Positions 48,541 through 62,266 of a stretch of 64,000 nt of DNA are shown here, piece after piece. How positions within the stretch are numbered: the first letter of the stretch is position 1; every line of letters starts with the position of its first letter. Both the position numbers and the translations under genes were made by a program. Source of the DNA: Selaginella moellendorffii (taxonomy: Eukaryota; Plantae; Lycopodiophyta); the NCBI RefSeq assembly GCF_000143415.4, contig NW_003314321.1, positions 568,236-632,235 of the forward strand, in the 5' to 3' direction. Under the pieces are notes generated by a model. It worked only from the letters and a program-made list of their open reading frames with translations, ran no database searches and was not told where the DNA came from.

Positions 48541-50429
48541 GTCTTTGATTTATTTAGCGAGGTGTACAGGTCCGCACGCTAATGCTAAATGAAAATGGTC
48601 AAAGGAATATCAAACTTACCAAATCAGTGGCATCCGGAAACAAGTGTAAAACTTGCGAGTAGTAATCCTGATCGATTAGATTGTTACGTCTCATGTTCAA
48701 GAGTCTTTCTCCAAGACGTACTTTCGTTATACGAGGAATGTCATCCTCTACAAACGGTGTATAAACACAAATAAAACATTAGAAATAAAATTCAAACCTG
48801 TCATCTAGGTGCACGATGTTAGAGGAGCCCGTCTTGAAAGGTAATATATGAAGCAACTTTCGATGTAAAGTGAATCGAGCCAGGGTGCTGCATCATATAC
48901 ATCACTCACGAAATCCGTGTAGATTTGCGCTGAAAAGAACGAGTAATCCAGATTCAAGCAGTACTCGCCATCGTGAGATAGTGTTCGGAAGAAGAACTTC
49001 GTGAAATCGTAGAAATTGACGTGAGCGTCAGTGGGAAGAGTGATACCGAGGCTGAAGAGTCCTGTACTATGCCGGAATATCACAGTGAAGAAAATAGCCA
49101 CCTGAAAGTCCACAGGTAAGAAGCCATGCATGACCTTTCCGAAATATCCACCTCACAGTCTACAGGTAAGAAGCCATTTCGCATTTCTCTAAAAAAACGT
49201 TTAAAAGATGCCGTTAAAGCCTGCAACATAGAGAATTATTTTAGTTCACGTAGAGAACCAATTTTGATAAAGACTTACTTCTCTCCATCCTCGATCATCA
49301 GCAGCAAGCACAATGAAAAGGGGGGCATAATCCCATGCCGGATCTGGAGCAGCATTTAGTAATACGATCCAGATGACTTCCAGCTAAGAACATTTACAAA
49401 TGTTTGATAAGTAAAAATGATTGAGCTCATATCTTCACAGCCATTGAGAGACTGAGGCCTAGAACTCGTCCACTGGCAGCGAGAGTCTCAGCACCTACAT
49501 CGGTGTGTGCTGCTATGAAGAAATCATTGATCCTCCTCTGCCTCCTTTCGGTTGCCTCGTCCTGCCTCTGGCGCACGCGTTGGAAGAAAAGCGTGGCCAC
49601 GACTGCCAAAATGGAGACAGCAATAAACAACACCATCGCTATACTGAGGGAGTTTGTCTCCAGTGTATGCCCTCCATGGCCAGATGGTGGCTTTTGAGCC
49701 AGAGAAGGGCTGAAGAGAGGTCCCAAGAGTGCAAGAGTAGCAATAGACCCAAAGATCTCCTGAATATTCCAGAGAACTTGTCATTATTACTTAAAAAGGG
49801 TTGATTACTTTAGTTTGAGTTGAAGGAGGCGTTGCAACTCGTGGCTGGTAAAACAAAATTGAATCCAAGAAAGGTCTGAAGAGTGCAGGAATGGCAGCTG
49901 AGCTGAAGAGCTCCTGAAAATTCACCAAGAACCGGGTCTGAGCCTCGATTAACCAGTCCGAGCCTGTTAACTTGCCTTGAGCTAGATCGTGGCGTGTCGA
50001 CGGCGGCAATGCGCCAGGATTCATCTGGAATAGGCACGAAATATGTCACTGACGATGAATCATGGCCTGGAAAACCTTGGATCGATGCATTGGCGCTGTC
50101 GCTGCCGATTGGAGCTACACTTGGTGTCGTCCTCTGAAATTTGCCCCGAAATATCATCCAGCGATTGATCAAAGCTGCGATTTACAGGTCGATCGCGGCG
50201 CGTCGATGAAAGCCAGGAGCTTCCAAGGTAGAACCCTAAAGCTATAAGGAACCCCGAAGTTTAAAATCTTTGGGCGGGCAAGTGATGAGCTGGGCAGACA
50301 CGTAAGCAAAACGAGGCTGTCGCCGTGGATTATATTATCAAAGCTCTGCGAGTTAGGGTTTGCGGTGTGAGGTAAAGGAAATAGAAATGTCTGCCTCGGC
50401 TGTTTCTAGGGCTGTCTTGTGGACGACGC

Positions 50430-51436
50430 GATCCAGCAGCAGCATACTGGCGAAGGCGATCCTCGCTATCTTCATCACCTCCAGCAGGCCAAGAGCGTCT
50501 TTGATCGAATGCCCAAGTGGAACACTATCTCTTGGAACTCAATGCTGGCGGGGCTGGGATCCAACGGGGAGGTCGCAGGACGTTTGAACTGCGAGCCGGA
50601 GGAGAGCTCCGAGATGATCGCGGCCTACGCTCGCCACGGGAGCTTCTCTCGAGCTCTGAGCCTGATCAAGCGGATGGACTTGGAAGGCTAGCCTCCAAAC
50701 CGAGTTACGTGGATCACCATCCTCGACTGGTGATCCCCGCCATGGAAGGCTGCTTCACGAAGAACTGGAGCTCTCGCTTGATCTCTGCTCGGACGCAGAC
50801 TTGAGCCATCAACATGTATGGGAAATGCCACAGCTTGGAAGACGCTTGCGAGTCCTTCGAGAAGAGCACTGGTGGTCGGCATAGCTGGACAATCGACGTC
50901 CACGACACGAGGCTCTTCTCCGGCAAGGCATCGAAGACGAGCTTCGACCTTCTAGAACCATCTTGTGGAAGCTCTCAATCGGTCTCCGGATTTTTTGAGC
51001 CCCGGCCAGTGTGTCGAGCGCGGCGGAGATCTTCTCGCAGTACCGAGCCTGGGAGCGGAGTTTGGTGCTCTGCACGACCATGGTGGCGGGCTTTGCTCGA
51101 AACGGACATGGCCGACGAGCTCACGAGCTGTTTGAGTTGACTGAGAGTCAAGGACTAGAACTGGACGTTGTCAGCTTCACCACCATTCTTGCTGCGTGTA
51201 GCGCTGCCGGGCTGCTCCACGATGGTCACGGGTACTTTGTTTCCATGAGAGGGGACTATGCTCTCGCTGCCACCATGGATCACTACGTTTGCGTGATCGA
51301 TCTGCTGGCAAGGGGCCTAGCTTTGCTGACAACCATTCCTTTTGAGCCTGATGGAGTCTCGTGGGTGACTGTGTTGAGCAGCTGCAAAACTCATGGCGAT
51401 TTTGATGTAGCTGCTGGAGCTGGATTGGAATCATAA
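50430..51436 (+). pseudogene. PLS-PPR pseudogene, copy C, retaining the E-domain end
   Basis: QQAKSVFDRMPKWNTISWNSMLAG...DHYVCVIDLLARG..IPFEPDGVSWVTVLSSCKTHGD; internal inversion ~50893-50990. Confidence 0.85.
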
Positions 51437-51704
51437 AAGGCCCAGAGTGAAATCACGACAGAAAAGAAACAGAGTGTAAAACGCACCTAGCAAGTCGTCG
51501 TCCTGGTCCTGGAAACCACAGTGGTGGAGAGGACCGTGTTGGATTGACGCTTTCCTTTTGTACAGTCAAAGGCGTGAAATAGTGCTCTGAGGTCGTGTTA
51601 CTGGTGCTGGTGTTCTCAGCCACGGCCTCAACAGGCTTTGAGAGTGCGGCTTCGTGAACTGCTTGCCACAATTCTTTGAAATCATCTGGAATATAAAAGC
51701 CAGC

Positions 51705-53640
51705 GTAGTCGATATATAAGACATTACATCTTAGAATACCTTCGTAGTCCTTGTGGTCAGAGAAAGCCAGTGAAGACGGGCGGAGGTCCAAATCATCGTC
51801 GTCACCACCTTTGTGCAAAAGAGAAAACGGCGAAAACAGTGTTGGCAGCTGAGGAAGCTTTAGTGTCGGGCTTGGAGGTGCCAGTTCTAGAGGTCCAGGA
51901 GTGCCTCTATCATCAGCAACACAGTCCGAAGTCACGTCCTGCTAAAGCTAGTCAGAACATGGCTCAAACAAGGTGGTCACGTACTTGAGAGGAAAGTGCA
52001 GAGTCAGAATACACGCTATACCCAGCGAAAACAGCTTGAGAGGCAGAAGAAACCGCAGGGTGATTGACATGTTGACGGACTTTGTTAATGTTTGCTTCCA
52101 TTCCTGGAGTGGTTTCCTTTAGCTGCGAAATGAGCACCTGAAGAACAAGTCCTTTTTAAACAAACAAATAACCGCAAGAGAAGAATCTAATACCTGCATA
52201 TTTGAGATGTGTTGTTTTTGCTCCGCTAACGTTGCCCGTAATGCTTGTGTGTCCCTCACAAGCATCCACCGCATTTATAAGATTAGGAAGTGCCTTCGTG
52301 ACTGTACGATAATTCCAGTCATGTAAGCAAGTTAGACACAGCTAAAGTTTTTACCAGCTTTTGAGCTTGTTTGTGTATGCGTTGCAAAGCATGGGTCCAC
52401 CGTCTAATAACTTCAGCAACATCAAGCGGGCTCGACCCTTTAACTGCCCTGTCTGTTCTGGCTTCGTCGCCACTCTCCTGCTTTTCTAGTTGCCGATTGC
52501 AGTCCTCGTCATTGGAGCTCACGAACTTGGTATGACATTCATCCCTCGGTCGATGGCCACACGCAAAGCCGATCCATCTATAAGCACAGCGTCAAACAAA
52601 ATCCAGGAACCAAAAGATTAAACACCTGTGGTCACGATGAGCAATCAAGTCTTCTATAGGGCCGCTTGCTAGTTTGTCGTGCCTCTCTACAATCAACACA
52701 AAATCAGACAAAAATAAGAACATAAAAAAATCCAAGAATTACGAACTGACCAGTATGTTTTAGAAGAGACTCCCAATGCGTTGTAGCTCGAGAGGCTGAC
52801 AGTAATTTTTGATTTGCAAATGCTCTAGAACTTTAAAGCTCCTGCATTTTCTCCAGCTCTTGATGTAAATAAGCCTCCGTTCAGTGTAATCGACAAGTTA
52901 GTCGAATTCAAAGCAGGCAGAAAAAGAAGTCAGATACCTCGCCTACGCTCTAGAGCAATACGTGCCTGCCAAAACACTTAAGTTCCAACAATCAACAAAT
53001 CAACCAAATCTACCAATCAGCACTCCACCTTGTCACGGCAAGGAGTGCTGATGCATGTGAATTTTGCGTGATGACTTCCGTGAGCGACGCTGGCAAGGGG
53101 TTCTCGGCAACATCCGCTGGGAAGTTCCGTCGATGAACTTCTCGCAGAGCGTGGGCCGAGAGCTGCCATAATAGCTCCACAAATCTAGAGAAGGAAAAAA
53201 CGAAAAAAATTCAATCATAGAAACCACGGAGGCAAAACGAGACCCACCTCTGACCAGCATGTAGCTAGCGAGCTACTCCGAGGTAAAGCCCCTTGAGCCT
53301 CTAGCTCGTTGATAAGACCCTGGACAATCTGCAAAGAAAGGAATTTCCATCCCTTTGAGGACTCTAACACGAACCGGAAACACAGCGAAAGCATGCGTAT
53401 TACTGTACTTTCCGGAAGTCGCAAGAGTGTGCCGCGTCGAAAATCGGCCAGACACCGGCGAAATCCTGCGAGATCGAGCGTGAGCGCCTCAACTCAACCT
53501 ACATTCTCGCTGGCCGCCAAGGTGAGGAAGAAGGCGACGGTCCCGAGGAGAAAATGTAGCAGGGCTTGGAATGCCGGAAGAGGCCAGCTCGCGATCCAGC
53601 GCCTTGCCCTAGAATGCTGGCATTCCGTAGAGCGCCGCTT
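51705..53640 (-). pseudogene. AUG6: AUG6 pseudogene, copy C (longest of the three)
   Basis: [52 protein letters not shown]; multi-exon with deletions and frameshifts. Confidence 0.8.
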
Positions 53641-53754
53641 CCATCTCTCCTTCTTGGAGAGAGGACCGCCATTCTCCATCACCGCTCAAATCAAAGCGTC
53701 CCTAGCAAAGACTCAGTGCAAAGCCAAAGAGTCCCTGGATGATGTGGCCATTTT

Positions 53755-55143
53755 TAACGGGAGGAATGGTTGTTTAATTGGATCGTTTGATCTATATGTG
53801 GTCCGACGGCTGTGAGGAGAGGCAGCAAAACATCGTCCTGGTGCACTGCGAGAGGGGGGGATGGCTGCTGCTGGCGTTCATTCTCGCCAGCTTTCTCATC
53901 TACAGGAAGATGTACACGGGCGAATTCAAGACGCTCGATATGCTCCACCGGGAGGCTCCAAAGGGATTGATGCAGCTGCTCACTCCTCCCAATCCGATGG
54001 CAGCTGAGATATCTCCAGTACATTGCTAGAAGGAACAACACTCGCTCAGCCTCGACTGCCTCATCCTCAAAGTGGTGCCAGCTTCCGATCCGGACGAGGG
54101 GCCGCATTTATGGAAGAGATCCCCGATCGAAAGCGTTGAACAGGACGATGAGGATGCTCTTTGCCTTGGGAAAGAAGAGCAAGTCTGTGGCATTATCGAC
54201 CGGTAAGGTGGTGAGCTTGTTTTCTTTTGCTTTGGTCAGTAATGCTCTTGTGTGTTCCAGCTTCCAGACAGATTGTGATGTGATGAAGATCGATGTACAG
54301 TGTGCCGTGCAAGGGGGTGTGGTTCTCGAGTGCATCCACTTGGACTTGGAGTCAGACCGGGAGGAGATGATGTTCTGGGTCATGTTTAACACCGCGTTCA
54401 TCCGCTCCAACATCCTGATGCTCAACCGGGACGACATTGACATACTCTGGAACGGGAAGGAGTGCTTCTCCAAGGACTCCCGACCAGAGGTAAGCAAGCA
54501 AAGCTGAACCAATTTTGGCAAAATCAATCTTTTCTTTTCGCGAGACGGATGGATTTTCGTCCCCTGTGGCGCCTGTGCGCTGATGGAAGAGAAAGGTGGC
54601 TTGCCGATGGAAGCTTTTGCCAAGGTCCAGGAGCTCTTCAGTTGCGGGGACTGGTTAGACGGTGGCAGAGACAGCAGCTGACCACGGTTGGCAATGGGTT
54701 TGAGGACAGGAGACTTCCAATGGATAGAGCAGCACTAGCGGCAGCGGACGACGAGTGGACACTTATTTCCAGTACCACCACCTCCTCCATCATCGCCCGT
54801 TTTGATTATCAGTTAGGGGTGTCACGGTGGACAAGTCCAACGTTATCGTTTAACCCTAGCTTCGCACCAGGTACTCCTTCACCACTCCACCACCTCGGAG
54901 GTTGGCTATTTTGCAGTCTCCACCTCCTGCTCCACCACCACCACCACCACCACCAGTAGTTTCTGTTGCTGGTCATCCCCCTCCTCCGCCTCCTCCACCA
55001 CTTCTGTTCGAGCTTCCGAGTTTTACTGCAAAGCTGCCACCGCCACCACCACCTCTGCCTCCTCCACCACTGCCTCAAGGGAATTCAACTGCCCCACTGC
55101 CGCTTCCTTTGCCACCATTGCCTCGAGGGAATTCAGCTGCCAC
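53755..55143 (+). pseudogene. Formin 5' fragment, copy C, extending into the FH1 polyproline
   Basis: HCERGGWLLLAF, TDCDVMKIDVQCAVQG, poly-Pro; introns retained; truncated before gypsy debris. Confidence 0.9.
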
Positions 55144-55559
55144 AGGATTATTCTAAGAATATTCTATGGCCTGTGGGATTTAAAGCTATAATGAGGGTTC
55201 ACTCTTATTTGTTTCATCAGTATTGGAGCAGCACGTTCTTTTAAGGATGGCAAGTGAGCAAGATATTGATCCTGATGAGGAGTATGGTGTTAGTGATGAT
55301 AGTGATGATGGCTATATGATGATGAAGAAGAGACTTTTGATGATGTTGTTGTGCGGCAAGGACATTAGATTTTTGAGGTTCAAAGCAACATAAAAGAGGT
55401 TAAGGATTCTATCAATCTTATTAAAAATTTCTTGCTTCACATGGACCCTTAAGGATTAACTCAATCTCATATCTATGATTACTATTGGTATATCAAGCAT
55501 ATGGTATCATGGAATGAAAGTCATTATTGAATGTTTATGATAGTCAAAAAGTTTGGAAT

Positions 55560-56513
55560 TATGGGAAAGTTGTTAGTCTCACAATCTTTATAAAGAAAAA
55601 GTGAAAATTGATTTTTTTGTAACGAAGCTTACGGGCCATGCTTTTTCGTGATGAAAGAGTTACATCAAAGCTAATCCGAAGCCAACTTCTTAAACTGATT
55701 TGATGAAAGTTTTCCACACTTCAGTTGTCAAGAAGCTTGAAGAGGTTATTTTGTGAACCAGCTGTTAAAGATTTAGCAAGGGACTTTGTTTTTAGATATG
55801 TATGTGATCTTTGCCTTAGTTTCATGGGCACTTATAATGAGCTGCTAAAGGTGCAATGTTTCATCAAAGGATTGAGCTCATTAAATGTGCAACAGAAAGT
55901 CAAGAAGGATTTTCTAGCAACATTAACTAATGCTATCACTAAAGCCCAAATCTTTTCACCCAAACTGTCAATTTGGTCAACTCTGGTTAATGTAATGACT
56001 AACCTACCAATACTTCATCTTTGGGGAAGAAATAACTATTGTTCCATTGTGGCTCAAAGAATGGAGATAGTAATGTGGCCAAAAGATATTATTTGGACCA
56101 GCGAGAGAAAGATAATGTGGAGGGCAATTGTTTTCATTGTCAGAAGGCTAAATATTATGGCAAGGATTGTCCTCTTGTAAAGGGATCAAAGAATATTAAG
56201 ATGAATATGGTGGAATCCATCATGGATTTAGCTTAGGCATCTACTATGGTGGCTCTTCCATGCCCTGTGGCACAAGTTCAAGAATCTCAATCTCAAGTTT
56301 GTATCAACTCTATAGACATTAATGGTTCTATGCGCAATTAACTTATGAGCCAAAGGGGACATTCAGGGTAGTGTTATTAGTATTCTTTTCGATCCAAGTG
56401 CTACTCACAACTTTTTAAGCTCCAAGGTGGTGTAGAAACTTGGTTTACCTGTGGAAAAGAGCTCAATAATTTATATGGTGGTTATGGCAAATGGATGTAG
56501 CACTCGTGTTTAT
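55560..56513 (+). mobile_element. Degenerate Ty3/gypsy gag-protease fragment
   Basis: Zinc-knuckle remnant CFHCQKAKYYGKDCP; protease-like ILFDPSATHNFL...VVMANG. Confidence 0.7.
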
Positions 56514-59500
56514 GGAGGTCGGTATTGCTGAACCCGTTATCAGTTCCCACTTGAGCTAGTTGAGAAACTAGTCAATGAACATGCACTTAGATTGAATAAA
56601 CATAAGGTAGGAACCCTATGTGTTTCTTGCTAAGCATACTCGGCCTGATTTGAGAAACTTGTGTCATTGGCTTGCATTTAGTAGTATCAAGAACCCCCGC
56701 GATATTGAGATTAGTCCCTTAATATTGCTAAATGATAGCTTACCGTGTCTGCCAAACACCCTCGCTATCATGCCCTTTGTGTTGGTCTCATTTTAGTCCC
56801 AAATGCTATTTATAGAAAGTGTCCAGATTTGCTCATTTGGCATATCTACAGAATGTAGAGATCATCCTGAACACAATAGTGTTCGTCCCGTGTCCACATT
56901 CGCAATCTAGGGACATTTCATATTTAGTAAGTTTCGAACTTGTCCCAGAGATTAACTCCTAATACTAAGGGAGGCTTGGGGTGAAAGCCCAAAGCGTGTG
57001 TTCCTCAAGGGGGGCTGTGGGGGGTTCCAAATATATAGTAGGGATAGTGGGTAGGTCAGGTATGGCCGACCAACTTGAGGCATAGTCTAGCTCCCACTTG
57101 CGTGCCTTTCCTTGTTCTGCATCCGGCTTGGGTCTAAACCCAAGTTCCATTCCATGCTGGCAGGTGGAGTACCCATATCCTCGCGTTAGGCCACCGGTAT
57201 GCTGAAATAGCGCTAAACTCTGTTTGGCTTCGTTTTGCATGTTGGTCCTAGCATTGGGATGCTGGTTGCTCCAGGACTGTTCCAAGTCGCTCCGGGCTCC
57301 TGCCCCTTCGCTCCTTGGGCTTTATACTTGGGAGTTGCTCCGTGGTTCGGTTCTGTCACTCCTTGGCTCCATGCTTGGGAGTTTGGCACCGTTCCTTCGT
57401 TCAATGGCCCAAGGCCTTGAACCTCGGGTTTCTATGGACACGTGGCATGGACACGTGGTGGCATATGACACATGCCACATAGAGGGTTTAGGTTCCGCTT
57501 CGTGGTGTTATCCTATGGTAAATTACCATAGGATAAAGGGTCAAAACCACGTGCGCTACATTTGGTATCAAAGAATGAGTCTCAACGAGTACTATTCAAT
57601 GAGATTGGGCAACTAATCTCGTTGCATACGCAGAGATGAAAACGATGATCTGAGTGGGTACACGTTTAGTTGCAAAAGACTTCGCAATCATTCCTTGGGT
57701 ATGGGTTTGGTTACCTTGTTGTACCATATTCTGTGAGCTTGAGCTTGGGCTCACAAGAAGGATTGAGTTGTTCCATTTACACGAGTTTGTACTTGAGCTC
57801 GTGAGTGAGACACATTAGCAACTCGAGATTACACTTTGAGTTGGCGGGATTAATGTTAGCATATCGGTGGTTCCATGAGTTGTTTCATATATCGTGGGTG
57901 AAAGCAAACTTTCCCTAAGTTTGCTATGAGTGGCAAATAGGCTGGTCCGTAGCTATTTAGCACGGCACTAATGGATCTTTCTTAGGCATGGTTACAAGTG
58001 GATCAATCAAGACTATGGGGATAAGTCTATTGATTCAAGTAATTGTTGCCATACTCTCTCATAAACTTTTCTTGGATTGGACTAAAGGCAATGCGAATGC
58101 AAGTTTGAGGTTTAGTCAAAGTTGAGAATGAAAAGAGAGTCATCGGGGACGAAGGATCAAACACGTAAGTCATCTTTTCTTCTTGGAGAGATGATTTGCA
58201 ACGAAGTGTGACTTATTGCTCATGGTCACATTATACAATCAAGGGTCCCTAGATGCATGTTGGAGATGATAGTTTTACAAATGGTGAGTTGTGGGATGGA
58301 TAGTGGTGAAGCGCTATACTATTTTGTCTAGACTTGCTATTGGAAGATTTGAGTTACAATGCTCAATTCTTTTCCCGGGAACCTTGCTATTGCTTCTTGA
58401 GTAGCTTGGTGTTGGATTAGTTTTGAGTTTGGTCGGAAAAAGAGTGGCATGTGTTTATCCATGTTATGAGCAAAAGTTAGTGGTGTTGGGTGTTGTAAAT
58501 CTCTATTGGTGGAGTGTGGCATTTATGTTGCATTTTGTCGAATCGAGTTGACACTTGTTAGTCACATAAACCTTTGAAGTAATGACGTGGGTGTTGCTCA
58601 TGGTGTTGCTCAATTGATGATCAAGTCATTGTGATTTTATATCATATCCATGTGATAATGAGTAATGTGTTTACGAAGTTGCTTGATTAAACGATGATTA
58701 ACCCCAAAGTGATTGATGGTGAAACTAGTCTACTTGCATGAAGTAGCATTGTAGTAGCTTTGACTGGATTCTCGATGGTGGTCCATTATGCTAAGCTTAA
58801 GTTGGTTCCTTGTTTCCTTGAGGGTTTGCCCATAAAGTGTTGGAAAGGGTTGTAGCATTCATTTGCTATAGCTCATTAGTTGATCCGTTAACACTTGGAG
58901 TAAATTGTTAAATAGAGAAGGTGTGAGGTAGAGGCATTGACATTACTAACATTTGTGTTAGTGGAAGTGGCATTGTTATTTTAAGTAATAAGGAATTTTC
59001 CTTAGAGCTTGATTTTCCATGTCATTTTTCTTGTTAGTGTTTTAGCTTTACATTGGATTTTGAAGGTGGTTGAAGAAAAGTGTTAAGTGCAATATGGATA
59101 TCCAAAGATGTGGTCTTCGTGATCAAACCTTGGATGTTCACTTTGCATTTTGCAGATGTCGGAGTTGGATATCGGAAGTATGGGCAAAAAGATGTTCGAG
59201 GCTTAAGCATACTATGGGTTATGAAAATTTGTGTTAAGGTGAACCTTTGTGAAGTTGTTAGTAAGAGGAAGTTGGTTGAGTCTTAAAAGTTTGTATTCTT
59301 GGACTGAGAGTCATTCTTTCTCTGGGATGGAAAGATTTTCCACAAATTTTCTTAGACTTTTCCAATGGCTGATCTGTTATCACTTTGCTTGAAAACCATT
59401 TCGTTTTCGAAAGCTAATACAAACTAGTGAAGGAGTTGGAGTTGACTTTGGTTAATTTAGACCGTAATATGTAGTTTGTATGATGCAGCCCAAAAGGGAT

Positions 59501-62266
59501 GCTAACTTTTGGAGCTAAGGTAATTGAGTTGAATAGAGTCTGGAGTTAGTGTAGAAAAGTGGCCGTTGCACTTTTCGAGAAAGGTGACCCTTGTGCCTTT
59601 CTTCTGTAGCGTTATGTTTGGTGGCAAGTTGCACTTTGCATTTCGTTAGACTCTATGAGAGTAGTGAACTCTCACTAATCTTGACTTGGTCTTGGTGGCC
59701 CTGCACCTTGGCTAAGGATGGTGATGTTCAACTTAGTTGTTTGAGTTTGAGATGTTGGTACCCGTACTATAGCTTTGTCTATAAGGAGGTTGTGTATCGA
59801 TATGAGTTCATCTCATGGTCTTCACTTTAGTTTCGGCTAAGTGTTGATTATGCATAGCTAGCCTCTTCAAGGCATGCTCAGAGCTAGTGGCTAAATGCAT
59901 TGGTGAGCTTATCACGGTTGAGTTGGATTTGAGTGGTCATTTAGTTCGTGTTTGTCCATGAACCTTTATCTCATACCTGGGGTATTACATTCATGTTGGA
60001 CAAGTGTGTAACTCAATAGCATGAGTTAGTGTTTGGGTTTTGTGAAAGGCAAGACAAGTGATTGTTAGTTGCTTTGCAACTAGTGATTGCTTATAAACTT
60101 TGTCAAGGGCTTTTGACACTTGCTTCACTCGATGATGGTTTAGCAGTGATGGGCTTGCTTTATCGGATGGGGTTGCGGAGGATTGTGTCGTTAGACTTAC
60201 ATGGGTGTTCCATTTGGCATGTCGACTCTACCTCTGTTGATATCATTTAGTTACATTTAGTTCATAGTGTTGGATTTTATTGAATCTTGGACGTGGTGAA
60301 TCACTTCTTGATGATGTGTTATCTGTAACTGAGTATTGTTGAAGAATTTGTCTCGGATACTGGGTAAAGTATCTTTGACTTTGGTTAGCTTGGTTGCAAG
60401 AGAGTTTTGAGTGGTGATTCACTTGTGCTTTCTTTTAGCTTTGTTCTAGTGTTGATGGCATTAAAGTGATGCCTTGTCATTGATATTATTGATGTTGAGA
60501 TTCAAGTGAAATGAAATGTCCTTTCAAAAGATTGATGTCAAGTTTCATTAGTCTCGATGAAGATAGTGTTGATGATTTGGCTATAGCTTTGTGTTATTAG
60601 CATTCGTGCATTTGATAGTTAGCAACTATGTTGACGTTCAAATGAACTGAGTGGCAAATTTGAGTTAGTTGTGTTCTAGACAAGATTATTTAGTAGGGGT
60701 TAAGTTTTGGCTTTTCCTTGAAAAGTGATTCAGTCGTGGACTATGCTAACTCTACAAGCAGAAAAGTTAGTGATTGATATTAGAATGTTTGAATCCTTAT
60801 TAGATTTGAGTTGAAATATATCGATCATTGATGATTCTTCTTGTGCTTGTTATGAAGTGAGTTACGTCTTGCTATAGATGGATTCATGGAGTATCGTTTG
60901 GTGATCACTTGTTGAGCATAGCTTCGTTATGCTTACCTTTTGGATTGATGTAGATATGCTCTTCATTAGCTTTGGCATTATGAAGTTTAGCTTATGGATG
61001 TGTTGAAGAAGATATTGTGGGTTGCACCATAATTTCTTCTTTAGCATTGAAGTTAGTTCATGTGAGACTTGTGATCATTGTTAGAAAAGACTTGGCTATA
61101 GACTTCTTCAAACTTTTGGTTCTTTGAGTTTTATGCTCGTTGTTCCATTTGTTAGAAGTTGTTGGGGAAAGGCATTTTGGCTCATTAGTTTTAATGTTGA
61201 AGTTGGTTTTTGCATCTAGCAATCATTAGTGGTGTTTGACTATCATCTAGGGTAGTTGATTATCTTTGTCAAAGGTTTTACTTGATTATTGTTGGTATAG
61301 AATGATTTGCCGTTCTTTGGGATGGTGGATTCCTTCTTTGACAATGATTATGCATCTCTTTATTGATGGGATGATTGATGATCTTTCATGATAATCAGTT
61401 ATCTCTTTGATGGCTTTTGGCTTTTCGCAATACCACATGTTCCTTATGGTTTGCCTTGGATTGGTCTCTTGGGTTTGAAACATCAAAAGGATGTTGCTAA
61501 CACTTGCTTAAGCAACTTGAGTTCCGTGGTATTATTGACCGGAATCTATTCAGATTGATTAGTGCAATAGTTAGCATTAACGAGTGTTTGTTGGCTATGC
61601 AACATTCATTCTATTCTGTTGATTATTGCTTGAGTTTGTTCTAATAGATTGGAATGTTATTTCCTCCGGGTGATACATTCGCGAGCATTTTGCTTGTTTG
61701 TCGATGATACTTGGTGTTCTTTGAGTTCCCTTTTGTAAGTTGTTTGGCATTCTATCTGCAATATTTGATAGTTAAGTTTAGACATTGAGTTTTCTTGATG
61801 ATACATTTACTATTGCATTTTATTGGATAGTGAATCCTGTATTTACCAATTTTGATGATCTTGGTGGTTCCTATCTACTATAATACTGGTTTATCGGATG
61901 ATAACTTCATTGGAATACTTTTGTGTTCTAATATAAGATTTAATCACTGATAATTAAGTCTCTAACATATCATTGTCTCTAACTTTGATATTGTCCATCT
62001 ATTCATCTTTGAGTTTGGGCTAGTATAGGCAGACTGGCTTCGGCACTTCGTGTGCATGTTGAAATCTCTAGTCATGGGGTAGCTACTGTCAACTGGTCAC
62101 ATAACCTGCCTCTCTGTCGATGTTCCTTATTCCGTTAAAAGGGCGTGACCATGTAAACAACTCTAACTGCTTGTTTACAGTAGTATATCTAAACCTTACC
62201 GACGGGTTTGGTTTCTTTGTTTAGGAGGGTTGGGGCCTTTGGCTTCTCTCTCTATGTCCTTGCAGG

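Noticed and set aside
48805-49131. Viral RdRp motif A-like LDYSFFS
   Set aside because: Second Asp absent, no motif B or GDD follows, and the region looks spliced
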